DNA of 47,473 nt, taken from the NCBI GenBank assembly GCA_016187405.1, contig JACPJS010000004.1:1-47473 (forward strand), given 5' to 3'. The notes beneath the pieces were generated by a model, which was given only the letters and a program-made list of their open reading frames with translations, made no database searches and was not told the origin of the DNA. Within the stretch, counting starts at the first letter, position 1. Each line of letters begins with the position of its first letter. The position numbers and the translations under genes were made by a program. Below, one piece after another: positions 36,101-45,549 of the stretch. Origin of the DNA: Candidatus Aenigmatarchaeota archaeon. GTDB taxonomy: Archaea > Aenigmatarchaeota > Aenigmatarchaeia > CG10238-14 > SCSR01.

Positions 36101-36826
36101 ATGATAGCGAAGAGATTGCCTGCAATTAAAGTGAGAATATCCGATTTGGCGAATGGTAAATATTTTTACGGCAGCAAGGAAGAACTCAAAGCAGGATATG
36201 TTATCACACCATACGGGGAGAAAGTGACAAGGGTAAATGTTTTTGGGACGGTTGTTGAAAAGTTTGTGAGCGATGCTGGAAATTTCTCCTCGATAACTGT
36301 TGATGACGGGACAGACACGATAAAGGTAAAATCGTTTGAAGGTAGCACGTTTGAAAAAATAGATTTGGGTGATTTGGTACGCGTGGTAGGAAAACTGAAG
36401 GAATATAATGGTGAGTTGTATGTCAATTATGAGATTGTCAGGAAAGAGACCGATCCTAATTTTGAACTGCTTGCAAAGACAGAAGTCTTGAACAATCTGA
36501 TACAGAAGAAGAGAATCATAGACAACATAAGGGCAATGTCAGACCAGATGGATTCGGAGGAACTCAGAAATTATGTCCAAGATACTTATTCGATGGACGA
36601 AGACACATTGGGTGTGATACTGGAAGCCAAGAAGAAAGAGATCGATTACAAGCCTGTTGTTCTTGATGTAATAAAGAAACTTGATGAAGGAAACGGGGCT
36701 GAGATATCGAAGATTTTTCAAGTGATAAACTTGCCGGAGAATGTTACAGAAAGAACTGTAAATGAGCTGATAAATTCCGGTGACTTGTACGAGCCTAAGA
36801 TAGGATTTCTGAAAAAGGTTAATTAA
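36101..36826 (+). CDS. RPA2/RPA32-like OB-fold plus winged-helix protein
   Basis: KR.PA.KV.I, RVNVFGTVV, DDGTDTI, V.VVGKLKEY; C-terminal GDLYEPK.G. Confidence 0.85.
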   Translation: MIAKRLPAIKVRISDLANGKYFYGSKEELKAGYVITPYGEKVTRVNVFGTVVEKFVSDAGNFSSITVDDGTDTIKVKSFEGSTFEKIDLGDLVRVVGKLKEYNGELYVNYEIVRKETDPNFELLAKTEVLNNLIQKKRIIDNIRAMSDQMDSEELRNYVQDTYSMDEDTLGVILEAKKKEIDYKPVVLDVIKKLDEGNGAEISKIFQVINLPENVTERTVNELINSGDLYEPKIGFLKKVN

Positions 36827-36848
36827 GCTATCTGCTCAATCTATTGAC

Positions 36849-37043
36849 ATGGGTTACGAAGATTTGCTCGAATCAGCATTAGAGAAGATACCAAAGAGGG
36901 AAAGCACCAAAGACAGGTTTGAGATACCGCAGGCTCAGATAGAACCTCAGGGCAACAAGACTCTGATAAAAAATTTTGTAGATATTGCAAGCAAATTGCG
37001 AAGGGAACCAGCACACATTTCAAGATATTTGTTCAAGCAGCTT
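36849..37043 (+). pseudogene. N-terminal half only of translation initiation factor aIF-2beta, in frame with the downstream Nudix ORF
   Basis: YEDLL..A...P....RFEIP......GNKT.I.NF.DIA..LRR.P.H...YL.KQL; C-terminal zinc ribbon absent. Confidence 0.7.
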
Positions 37044-37088
37044 GTCAACATACAAACCCATTTAACTTGTACATATCATAAGGAGATT

Positions 37089-37487
37089 ATGCCTAAAAAC
37101 TATGTGGCTGTCAAGTCGTTGATAGTAAGGAATAATAGGATTTTAATAATTAAAAGAAATTCAAATGAAGATTTTTTTGCTAATGAATGGGATCTACCTG
37201 GAGGTAAAGTGTTATTTGGTGAAAATCCCTTAAATGCTCTCAAGCGTGAAGTGAAAGAAGAATGCAGGCTTGAAATTAAACCTATAAAACCTATTGATGT
37301 CTGGACATTTTTCAAAAACAATAAACAAACACAAGTTATAGGAATAACTTTTCTTTCTAAAATTATTTCCGGTAAATTGAAACTGGGTGATGAACATTCG
37401 GATTATAAATGGATAAGAATAACCGAAGTCAAGAATTATAAAATACATCATGGGATAAAAGAGACAATTAAAAAGTTCAAGGAATGA
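37089..37487 (+). CDS. Nudix hydrolase
   Basis: WDLPGGKVLFGENP.NALKREVKEE Nudix box; own SD AAGGAG before the ATG at 37089. Confidence 0.88.
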   Translation: MPKNYVAVKSLIVRNNRILIIKRNSNEDFFANEWDLPGGKVLFGENPLNALKREVKEECRLEIKPIKPIDVWTFFKNNKQTQVIGITFLSKIISGKLKLGDEHSDYKWIRITEVKNYKIHHGIKETIKKFKE

Positions 37488-37561
37488 TAATTTACTAGTA
37501 AGTTTACGGAACAAGATTCTGCTGATAAAGTAATAAACTCTCCCGACGAATTATAAATTAC

Positions 37562-38413
37562 ATGTTCAAGAAATATGGCTTATTGGGAATCTTACTGATA
37601 ATACTAGTCGAACTCAATTTTTTCTTCAAGATACAACCATTCGCCAATATTTATTTTCCGATAATATGGTTCGGATATATTCTCATAATTGACGCACTCG
37701 TTTACAAACTGAGAAAAAACTCACTGTTGAGCAACAGACTTACTTATTTCATTGGAATGGTGATAATCTCTTCTTTGATTTGGTGGGTTTTCGAATTTGT
37801 AAACCTAAGGACTGGAAACTGGAGCTATTCAGGTCTTAACGGTTTTGATACGACTGGTTTTAGTTCCAGTGTTGTGCGCAACCTGTTCGGCACATTAGCA
37901 TTTTCAACAGTCCTTCCGGCTTTGTTCGAGACAGTCGAACTCATACGCGCATTGCACCTCTTCGACAACAAGAAACTACACAAAAAATTCAGAATCTCAA
38001 AATTATTTTTACATTCGATGATAATATTAGGAGCACTGTGTTTCATTGCACCAATAGTTTTACCAGCTTTCACTTTTCCACTTGTATGGCTAAGTTTCTT
38101 TCTCATACTCGATCCGATCAACTATCTCCACGAACAACCTAGCATAATAGGCCATCTTAAAGACAGGAAGCTTGTCATACCTCTTTCATTGCTCCTTGCA
38201 GGAATTGTTCTTGGTTTCCTCTGGGAATTCTGGAACTATTGGGCCATACCTAAATGGACTTACAGCATACCTTTCGTCGGATTCTTCAAGATATTCGAGA
38301 TGCCTATACTCGGATACTTTGGATATTTCCCGTTCTCATTCGAGTTGTATGCGATGTACTGGTTCATCCGAAGTTTGTTTGTCCACAAGGAACATCTGTT
38401 GGCTGACAGTTGA
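37562..38413 (+). CDS. Polytopic membrane protein with internal duplication
   Basis: WWVFEFVN...NWSY and LWEFWNYW...KWTY; FEMPILGY.GY.PF..E. Confidence 0.75.
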   Translation: MFKKYGLLGILLIILVELNFFFKIQPFANIYFPIIWFGYILIIDALVYKLRKNSLLSNRLTYFIGMVIISSLIWWVFEFVNLRTGNWSYSGLNGFDTTGFSSSVVRNLFGTLAFSTVLPALFETVELIRALHLFDNKKLHKKFRISKLFLHSMIILGALCFIAPIVLPAFTFPLVWLSFFLILDPINYLHEQPSIIGHLKDRKLVIPLSLLLAGIVLGFLWEFWNYWAIPKWTYSIPFVGFFKIFEMPILGYFGYFPFSFELYAMYWFIRSLFVHKEHLLADS

Positions 38414-38454
38414 ATAAGGATTTAAAGATAACGTGATAGTTAAAATTAGATACT

Positions 38455-38772
38455 ATGGCAAAACCAAAAATTCCACCACTGTATAGTTTGGTAGACACGC
38501 TTTATCATACGGTAGTCGATAATTTGTCTGAAGAAATTCAAAAAAGGGAAGTTGCAGCTGCGAATGTTTTTGGAATTGTCGGAACTTATGTTGTTACCAA
38601 AGGATTGCATCAATTCATAGACGAAAAATATTTGATTGCCGGATTAGTAGGCATACCTATTGCTTATGCAGCAGCACAGCCAAAACGTGTCATATCAATT
38701 ATAAAGAACTATCCTGTATACACATCTGGAATGGTCGGTTGTGTCGAGGGCGGTTTGTTATCTCTACTCTAA
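38455..38772 (+). CDS. Hypothetical membrane-associated protein
   Basis: 105-aa ORF with hydrophobic segments; TATA TTTAAA upstream. Confidence 0.55.
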   Translation: MAKPKIPPLYSLVDTLYHTVVDNLSEEIQKREVAAANVFGIVGTYVVTKGLHQFIDEKYLIAGLVGIPIAYAAAQPKRVISIIKNYPVYTSGMVGCVEGGLLSLL

Positions 38773-38822
38773 GTCGCTTCTATAACTTTAAGATTTAAAC
38801 CCAATGAATATACAAGATTCAA

Positions 38823-39119
38823 ATGTACTGGGCGAAAGTTTACGGCGTAAAGGACGAGATAGTAGTTGCTATATGCGATGAAGATTTGCTAGACAAGACA
38901 CTTAATTTTAAAAATAAGGTTGAAGTGAAAGTCACTAAGGGATTCTATGGCGACAGGTATATCGACGATACGGTTGCATTGAGATTGTTGGACAAGTCTA
39001 CGATCGGAAACCTGATGGGGAAGAATATCGTCAAGCTTGCGATGAAAAACGGTTTTATATCAAAAGAAAACATTATCAATATTGATGGTACTCCTCACGC
39101 ACAATTTGCTAAAATCTAG
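38823..39119 (+). CDS. DUF424 family protein
   Basis: VVAICDEDLL.K, V..GFYG, IGNLMG..IV..A...G.I.....I.IDG.PHAQ. Confidence 0.88.
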   Translation: MYWAKVYGVKDEIVVAICDEDLLDKTLNFKNKVEVKVTKGFYGDRYIDDTVALRLLDKSTIGNLMGKNIVKLAMKNGFISKENIINIDGTPHAQFAKI

Positions 39120-39489
39120 GAAAGGGCAGTTCTTCATACTTTCCGCAGTAGCTGTAGTTACGATACTGTTCTTCGTCAGCAGATGGATAGAACCGTTGCG
39201 TGTGACAGACACTTCTTCTGTAGTTTTGAGTGATGAAGCGTATGTTTTTGATAACATCAATGAAAAAACCACGAATGCAGTGAAAGGAAGTGAAAATTGT
39301 GATGAACTTGATTTCAATGTTCAGGAGTATAAGAATTTCGTAGAACGGTACGGTCTTGATCGTGGATATAAGATAACACTCGATTATTCAATTCCGTCAT
39401 GTACAGCAACAGCCACTGTCATATTTCATTTAAAATTACATTCGGATAAAGTGGATGCAGCAAGTGACTTTAGTATTGTATGGCCATGA
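39085..39489 (+). CDS. Class III signal-peptide (pilin-like) protein; start uncertain
   Basis: RKG/QFFILSAVAVVTILF prepilin-type cleavage motif. Confidence 0.7.
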   Translation: MVLLTHNLLKSRKGQFFILSAVAVVTILFFVSRWIEPLRVTDTSSVVLSDEAYVFDNINEKTTNAVKGSENCDELDFNVQEYKNFVERYGLDRGYKITLDYSIPSCTATATVIFHLKLHSDKVDAASDFSIVWP

Positions 39490-40020
39490 TCAAGTTTTAA
39501 TCATTTTGTTGGTTATTAAAAAGTAAATTACACCCACTGCCATCATTATAGTGAGGAATCCTTCAATTCCATATTCAGGCAGGCTAAACAGTCCGGATGT
39601 CACAGGTATGTTCACACTTTCAATCTCACACGTTGCACAATTAACAGAACTAACAGTTACAGTGATTTGACTGTCTATATCAACCAAAGAGGTGATGGAA
39701 AATTCTGTAAAAGCGATATCATCCGGGGCGACTGTTCCAGTTGTAACCTGATGCGGCACTATGTTCACAGTGTTGGGGTTTGATGATGTGATGCTCACGA
39801 TATAACTGTCCTCAGATTTTCCAATGTTTCCGACGTCTACACGAAAATAAACTGGTTTGCCTACATTAGATGTTATTGCCGCAGCAGTTCTAGTTGAAAA
39901 TTTGTAAGATGCGCTCGGGTCGACAACTTGGGACAATGCTATTTTTGAAAAAATAACCGCCCCTATCAAAACAGCCGCAAAGACAAATGCAATTTTATAT
40001 CGTGCATTAATTTCTATCAT
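39490..40020 (-). CDS. Secreted Ig/CARDB-like single-domain protein with LPEYG-TM C-terminal anchor; start revised to 40020
   Basis: SD GGGGGTGG before ATG 40020; signal peptide; N.G...DSY.V, CxxC, LPEYGIEGFL plus TM. Confidence 0.7.
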   Translation of the reverse strand: MIEINARYKIAFVFAAVLIGAVIFSKIALSQVVDPSASYKFSTRTAAAITSNVGKPVYFRVDVGNIGKSEDSYIVSITSSNPNTVNIVPHQVTTGTVAPDDIAFTEFSITSLVDIDSQITVTVSSVNCATCEIESVNIPVTSGLFSLPEYGIEGFLTIMMAVGVIYFLITNKMIKT

Positions 40021-40089
40021 AAATCCCACCCCCTTTCGGTATTTCGCAAACTATCATTACCTTTGAGAATATAAAAAGAATTCAGAAAA

Positions 40090-42387
40090 TCAACGTCTTC
40101 TAAAGTTTTGTTTGGATATAGGATTATAAAATAAAAACACAGTTGCGATAAGAACGATCTGCAGAAATCCTTCAATTCCATATTCAGGCAGGTTGTAGGT
40201 TCCTGATCTTACAGGTATTGTAAATGTTTTCGGTGCGCATGTCGGGCAGTCCAACGAAGTAATAGTAAGTGAAATTGTATTGTCAACATCAACCAATGGC
40301 GTGACGGATATTATTACTGGGAATATTGCACGAGAGTTTACAGAATCTGTTGTTATGCTTGTTGAGGAAACGCTGACAAATTCAGGCGACGCGCTCGAAA
40401 TGCCAACATTGTATCTGTCGCTGAAAAGCCCATTGTTGATTATGTTCAATTCCAAAATGAATGGCTGTCCGACCGGCGTTGTTATTGTTCCTCCAGGAGC
40501 ATTTATATCAAAATCGTATGCATTGAAGTCGTGATTCACAACTGCTGTATACTGTCCTTTTCCTTGCTCAGGATCGTAAAACAAGCATTTTATTTTGTTA
40601 CCGTTCTGAGTGAAATCGTAAGCCGGATTCGTAACCGTGCAGCTTCCTTTTTTTAACGATTCAGTTCCTTGTTCGAACGGATACGGCGTACATGCTTTTC
40701 CTATTGCAGCACAGTCTTGAATCGTTGGATCACAGTTGAGCCCACATTCAACATTCATTTTATTCTCTGGAGCTGCTGTATAGTACGCGTTCCACCTCGC
40801 AGTAAATAGTTGATTGTTTCCAAAGTAATCAAATTCTGCAACGACAGGTGCTGATGGTGGCACTACAGAAAATCCAGGGTCCACCGACGTTCCGCTTGAC
40901 GATTTGATGTTGAAAGTAAGACTGCATGCTCCTCCGTTTGATTTGATATGGACTTTGAAAACATCCTGTACATTCTGCGGAGAACCTAAGCTAGTAGCAA
41001 ACGAGGATACCTTCCCTCCTGCTGTGTATGCGATTGTTCCAACTGGAAAGATTCCCGTGCTCGGATCACATTTGCCATAAGTGACGACATCAGTCAATAG
41101 ATATGTTGCAGGACATGTAACAGTAGACTCTTCTTTAGCTTTGATTATCCACGTATACTCACCGCTTTTTTTGTAAACCGCTGTCTTTGTAGGCAGATCG
41201 AAATTATCAGCTGCATTACCAGTCGGTTGAAGTGAAAATGATTGAACGCATGGAATTGGTTTACATGAGTATCCGGTTACACAGTTCTTCGAGTCAATGT
41301 TTGTTTTCAATTCTGTTCCGAACTGGCATTGAGGTTGCGTAGGTGGTGTAGGACAAGCACATGTATAACTCGTAGTACAACCGTTCGAATTTTTAATGGG
41401 TGTTGGATATCCTGTGCCGCATGTTGGTGCTGCCGGAGGAGCTGGGCAGCATGGTATCGATGGGACGCATGATCCACATGAACCGCTAGTGCATGTTTTC
41501 GTACATTGTCTGATTTGGCCATCAGGACATGTTATCGTGCCTGATCCGCATTGGTTCCCCGATATTGATTGGGCGTTTATGCACCCACGTGCATCATGAT
41601 AATCTGTCCCTGTGGGCGCGCATGCGTTTCCTGTAGGGCATGATGTTGGAGCATAACATAATGGTAGGTTTGGTCCAGGAGTGGGTACAGTTGTAACACA
41701 CGTGCTGTAGTCGACAATACAATTACTATTACATGATGGAGTTCCCGTTTTTCCCACAGATCCGCATGTATTGCCATTCAAATTGTTGCTGTCACATTGT
41801 TCACCAGGGTCTATTTGGCCGTTACCACATAATGAAGCTGGTGTTCTACCCTGGCATTGATAACTTGGTGAGCATTGATTGAAATTATTACAAACAGTTG
41901 TTTGACTACCATCTATACATGTTCCCGTTCCAGGTCCTCCAGAGCTTCCGCATGTTCCAAAACTGCCATCAGAAAAGCAGCATGTTTTATACCATTCACC
42001 TGTCGTACATTGGTCACTTCCGGTTGCGGGGCAAACACCTGGCTGAATTACATTACCCCCACCACATCTATCAAGGGCAGAGCATGATTTAATGTTCCAA
42101 TCACATGTTGCAGAACATCCTAATTCATCGAAATCCAATACAATGCCTATATAGGTATAACATGTCCACGTATTGTAATCAACGCTATTTTGAGGCTTTT
42201 CTCGGCATTGTGCTATAGCACCTACACATGATTCATCGATATTAGGTGCTTCATCCCCACGAACAACATAATTTACCGATTGGCCTGGATTATAGTTTCC
42301 GGGAACAGTAAACGATGTTGTAGTAGCTATCGAATTTTCAACAAATACGAACAAAATGAGTAAGGTTATTAATAATATATATCGCAT
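40090..42387 (-). CDS. Large cysteine-rich surface protein with a myxobacterial-type Cys repeat and LPEYG-TM anchor
   Basis: Signal peptide; CGNGQIDPGEQCD; very many Cys; C-terminal domain paralogous to 39490-40020; TM then RRR. Confidence 0.8.
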   Translation of the reverse strand: MRYILLITLLILFVFVENSIATTTSFTVPGNYNPGQSVNYVVRGDEAPNIDESCVGAIAQCREKPQNSVDYNTWTCYTYIGIVLDFDELGCSATCDWNIKSCSALDRCGGGNVIQPGVCPATGSDQCTTGEWYKTCCFSDGSFGTCGSSGGPGTGTCIDGSQTTVCNNFNQCSPSYQCQGRTPASLCGNGQIDPGEQCDSNNLNGNTCGSVGKTGTPSCNSNCIVDYSTCVTTVPTPGPNLPLCYAPTSCPTGNACAPTGTDYHDARGCINAQSISGNQCGSGTITCPDGQIRQCTKTCTSGSCGSCVPSIPCCPAPPAAPTCGTGYPTPIKNSNGCTTSYTCACPTPPTQPQCQFGTELKTNIDSKNCVTGYSCKPIPCVQSFSLQPTGNAADNFDLPTKTAVYKKSGEYTWIIKAKEESTVTCPATYLLTDVVTYGKCDPSTGIFPVGTIAYTAGGKVSSFATSLGSPQNVQDVFKVHIKSNGGACSLTFNIKSSSGTSVDPGFSVVPPSAPVVAEFDYFGNNQLFTARWNAYYTAAPENKMNVECGLNCDPTIQDCAAIGKACTPYPFEQGTESLKKGSCTVTNPAYDFTQNGNKIKCLFYDPEQGKGQYTAVVNHDFNAYDFDINAPGGTITTPVGQPFILELNIINNGLFSDRYNVGISSASPEFVSVSSTSITTDSVNSRAIFPVIISVTPLVDVDNTISLTITSLDCPTCAPKTFTIPVRSGTYNLPEYGIEGFLQIVLIATVFLFYNPISKQNFRRR

Positions 42388-42421
42388 GTATAATTATTTG
42401 TATTTTTAGTTAAATAATTCT

Positions 42422-43132
42422 TTATCTGAAATCTTCTACAAAAACATCTTTATAGGGTGTTTCAATATACGATTTTATTTCTTGAAAACCTCTGACTTTA
42501 TCAGGAAAATACTTTAATCTAACTGCCACATTAGAATCTCCACTTAATGTATCAATATGTTCACCGGCTATAGCCACTTTTTGACCTCTCTTAATTTCTA
42601 CCGGTCCTTGAGGCACTAAAATACTGCCTTTGCTCACTAGATAAGAAATAGCATATCCAGAATTATCAAATATTGTCAGTTCATCTGCTGTAGCACCAGA
42701 CCCGTATGATACATAATAACCATTTTCTCCAGAATAAATAATGTTTGATCCTCTAGAAAGAGTAATCTCAACTATGTTATACCCAGCTTGCAATTTACGG
42801 TTCGTCAAATTGCAGTTGACACAGGGTGAACTCAAATAAAAGCTTCCAAATCTCGATTGATATGGCGTTGGACTTGGAGATTGCGAAGCAACGACAGGTG
42901 CAGTTACTTGAATTGTTGGTGTAGGTATGGGAATGGGTGTTGGTGTAACAATCAAAGGTGTCGTTTGAATCGTCGGTGACACACTAGGAGCAACTGTTTG
43001 TGTTGCCACAGCATTTGTCTGAACTGGCTGTGTTGGTGTAGCACTATTGTTTCTATTACTAGCTATCCCAAAATAAAGTCCAAGAGTCAAGAGTGCAGAT
43101 GCCCCAACACCCACAATAGTACGTCTTCTCAT
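42422..43132 (-). CDS. Membrane-anchored Pro/Thr-linker protein with degenerate M23-like domain
   Basis: N-terminal TM, PT linker, SILV..G.VEIKRGQKVAIAG. Confidence 0.55.
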   Translation of the reverse strand: MRRRTIVGVGASALLTLGLYFGIASNRNNSATPTQPVQTNAVATQTVAPSVSPTIQTTPLIVTPTPIPIPTPTIQVTAPVVASQSPSPTPYQSRFGSFYLSSPCVNCNLTNRKLQAGYNIVEITLSRGSNIIYSGENGYYVSYGSGATADELTIFDNSGYAISYLVSKGSILVPQGPVEIKRGQKVAIAGEHIDTLSGDSNVAVRLKYFPDKVRGFQEIKSYIETPYKDVFVEDFR

Positions 43133-43178
43133 TTACCACACCTAAGTAACAAATATCTTAACTTACATATAAGCTTTT

Positions 43179-43796
43179 CTATACTGCAAAGTAGCTTGGC
43201 TTGTCGTTTGCCCAGTAATATGTATAACCAGAATGCTTTTCGAGATACAGTTGAACCGGAAACGGCGATGTAGACACGTTATCGAAAGCGCCGGCTACCT
43301 CCAATCTGAGCATTGCGTCAGTTCCATTTATAGAAAAAGGAATTTTCACTATTGCTACATTTTGGCCGCGATTAATTGAGTCATCCACCTTAACCAGCAG
43401 ATTGGAAGTATTGGCTACGACATAAACGGCGTAAATGTTGGCAGTGGGATGTTTAATGTAGATGTAAGTAATGTTATAATTCATCGAATTGTAGATATTC
43501 GTTACACGTCCAGGCGCTACCGCAGTCAGCATAGTGTTACTAGGTAAGTTAAAATCGACGTAAACGAAATTATTTGCAATCGGTGTCTCTTTTACGCTAT
43601 AGTTAATGCCATTTTCAAATGGAAGTGTAAATCCCTTGAACTCCTTAGCATCACCGTCCACACCGCCGAAATACTTGATTTCCAAGATGTTTTTTTCCGA
43701 TTCTGCTATCTTCTGGTTGCTGAGGATTAGATATGAAATCCATATTGCTACGGAAACCAAAAGCAAGATGATCAGAAACTGAACTTGACCTTTCAT
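43179..43796 (-). CDS. Class III signal/TM protein with degenerate M23 (LytM)-like domain
   Basis: MKG/QVQFLII; VDFNLP.NT.LTAVAPGRV...I.IKH...Y...VKVDD.INRGQ.VA...LEV; Zn-binding His residues absent. Confidence 0.65.
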   Translation of the reverse strand: MKGQVQFLIILLLVSVAIWISYLILSNQKIAESEKNILEIKYFGGVDGDAKEFKGFTLPFENGINYSVKETPIANNFVYVDFNLPSNTMLTAVAPGRVTNIYNSMNYNITYIYIKHPTANIYAVYVVANTSNLLVKVDDSINRGQNVAIVKIPFSINGTDAMLRLEVAGAFDNVSTSPFPVQLYLEKHSGYTYYWANDKPSYFAV

Positions 43797-43800
43797 CCTA

Positions 43801-44754
43801 TCACGGTGCTTTGCAGCAAGATGCTACACATGTAGTTCCCACTTGGACAAGTCTTCCATTGTCACATCGCCACGTTATTGACTGGCCAGTTCCAGGCTGG
43901 TTTTCACACCCAGACAGCGTGCCTAGACATGTGGTTTTAGTGCCCGCTCCCGATTGAAGCGTCGTAGTGCCATCGGTAGCCACACTCGGCAATGTGCACG
44001 TTGGCAGTGGAACAAAGAAGCATGTATGGTCGTTCCAATTCCATTGATAATATCCACCGGATACAGTCTGCGCTTCACAAGATTGAGCGCTTTGTGATTC
44101 CGAATTGGATCTGCATTGATTCAAGAACGATTTATATGATGTTCCAGAGCAACATTGCTGTGTGCCACTGGGTGTTTGGCCATTACCAGCGCATGTGGGG
44201 CATGCCGGACATGTACTCGAAATAGTATGCTGGCAGTTATCTTGGCATCCTACAATCTGTCCGCAAGTTGATGCTGTGCATTGTGAATTGCAGCTCGTTA
44301 TCGTAGGAGTGCATTGAAAAGTAGGGCATGGGGCGCATGTTCCGGGCTTGTTACGATTACCACAATTATCAACGCATGTAGTTGGTTGTCCGCACGTCAC
44401 AGCAGTGCATACAGGCTCGCAAGATACGGCTACACTAGGAACACAACCTCCTCCGCCAGACGATGCTGGTTGTTGCACAGGCTGTTGAACTGGGGGTCGC
44501 TGTTGTGGCTCTTGCGTCGGGGCATTAGTCGGGTTCTCTCTGGTCCCCGGTCTTTCTGCAACATGTGTAAAGCCGGATGTTACAAGCTCTTTTTGTGCAA
44601 GATTCTGATTGATGGTGTCCGCAGATGCACCAAATCGTATCATTTCCCTTATCATCATGTCGAATAATTCATTAGCAGTCAGCAGCGCATATGCAGGGAC
44701 AATCAACAATCCTACAACGACGATGGCGATTAACAGTGCAAATTTGCTACCCAT
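43801..44754 (-). CDS. Secreted cysteine-rich protein with tandem Cys repeat
   Basis: Signal peptide; CTAVTCGQ...CVDNC...TCAPCP and CTASTCGQ...CQDNC...TCPACP. Confidence 0.75.
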   Translation of the reverse strand: MGSKFALLIAIVVVGLLIVPAYALLTANELFDMMIREMIRFGASADTINQNLAQKELVTSGFTHVAERPGTRENPTNAPTQEPQQRPPVQQPVQQPASSGGGGCVPSVAVSCEPVCTAVTCGQPTTCVDNCGNRNKPGTCAPCPTFQCTPTITSCNSQCTASTCGQIVGCQDNCQHTISSTCPACPTCAGNGQTPSGTQQCCSGTSYKSFLNQCRSNSESQSAQSCEAQTVSGGYYQWNWNDHTCFFVPLPTCTLPSVATDGTTTLQSGAGTKTTCLGTLSGCENQPGTGQSITWRCDNGRLVQVGTTCVASCCKAP

Positions 44755-44790
44755 AAACTAAATTACCTCGCGATTGTAATAAACTCATAC

Positions 44791-45318
44791 TCAACACTGC
44801 TTGCTGTCTTTCGGTTCCTTGCATATTGTAAAACGTGTATAGTTTGAAATTACAACAGACCAGTAAGTCTTGCTGGAGATGTCATTATCGCTTCTTTGGC
44901 AAGTCAGATACCCACCTATGCTGTCCAGATACGCGCATTTCCAGTCTGTATTGTGCACATCCGCAGTAGTGAAGTAAACATCCAACAGTGCAAAACTCTC
45001 ATTGACGGAATTCGTCGGAGTTAGTACGAAAATTTGGTAAACTGGCTGTGTGCCGGGATTTGACAGATATGCACCGAAACGTGTTTGGTTAACCATACGG
45101 CTGTCGTTAACATCCCACTGTGCAAAATATAACGATGAATTAACTTTAGTCACGGTCATGTTTTGTGTGAACTCACTATTCAGATTCATTGATATGAAAT
45201 TCGCCAATTTCTCTTCTGGGGCTAGTTGATTGGACAAGAAATCATTTACAAGCAAATATGCAATCGCTACAGTTGCGATGAAAAGTACGATATAGGCGAA
45301 ATAGTTGGGCAATTCCAT
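44791..45318 (-). CDS. Membrane-anchored hypothetical protein; start revised to MELPNY
   Basis: N-terminal TM, several N-x-S/T sequons, Cys pairs. Confidence 0.6.
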   Translation of the reverse strand: MELPNYFAYIVLFIATVAIAYLLVNDFLSNQLAPEEKLANFISMNLNSEFTQNMTVTKVNSSLYFAQWDVNDSRMVNQTRFGAYLSNPGTQPVYQIFVLTPTNSVNESFALLDVYFTTADVHNTDWKCAYLDSIGGYLTCQRSDNDISSKTYWSVVISNYTRFTICKEPKDSKQC

Positions 45319-45386
45319 ATTGAATTTAATTTGTTTTTTGGGGAATATATAGATTTTAGAGACTCTTTTCAAGTGAGACAACTCTT

Positions 45387-45533
45387 TTATTTCAGCATTA
45401 TAAAAATAACTATCGGATATTGGTATCGTAATAATTTGCGATACATCTCCTTTTTAGAAACAGCAACAACCACGATTATGAATCCTAAAGATACACCAAT
45501 GCAGAACCCAATTCCATATAGGATATTGAGCAT
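45387..45533 (-). CDS. Candidate 48-aa membrane peptide (absent from the ORF track)
   Basis: MLNILYGIGFCIGVSLGFIIVVVAVSKKEMYRKLLRYQYPIVIFIMLK*; fills the gap, co-oriented. Confidence 0.4.
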   Translation of the reverse strand: MLNILYGIGFCIGVSLGFIIVVVAVSKKEMYRKLLRYQYPIVIFIMLK

Positions 45534-45549
45534 TTATTAATTATAGATT

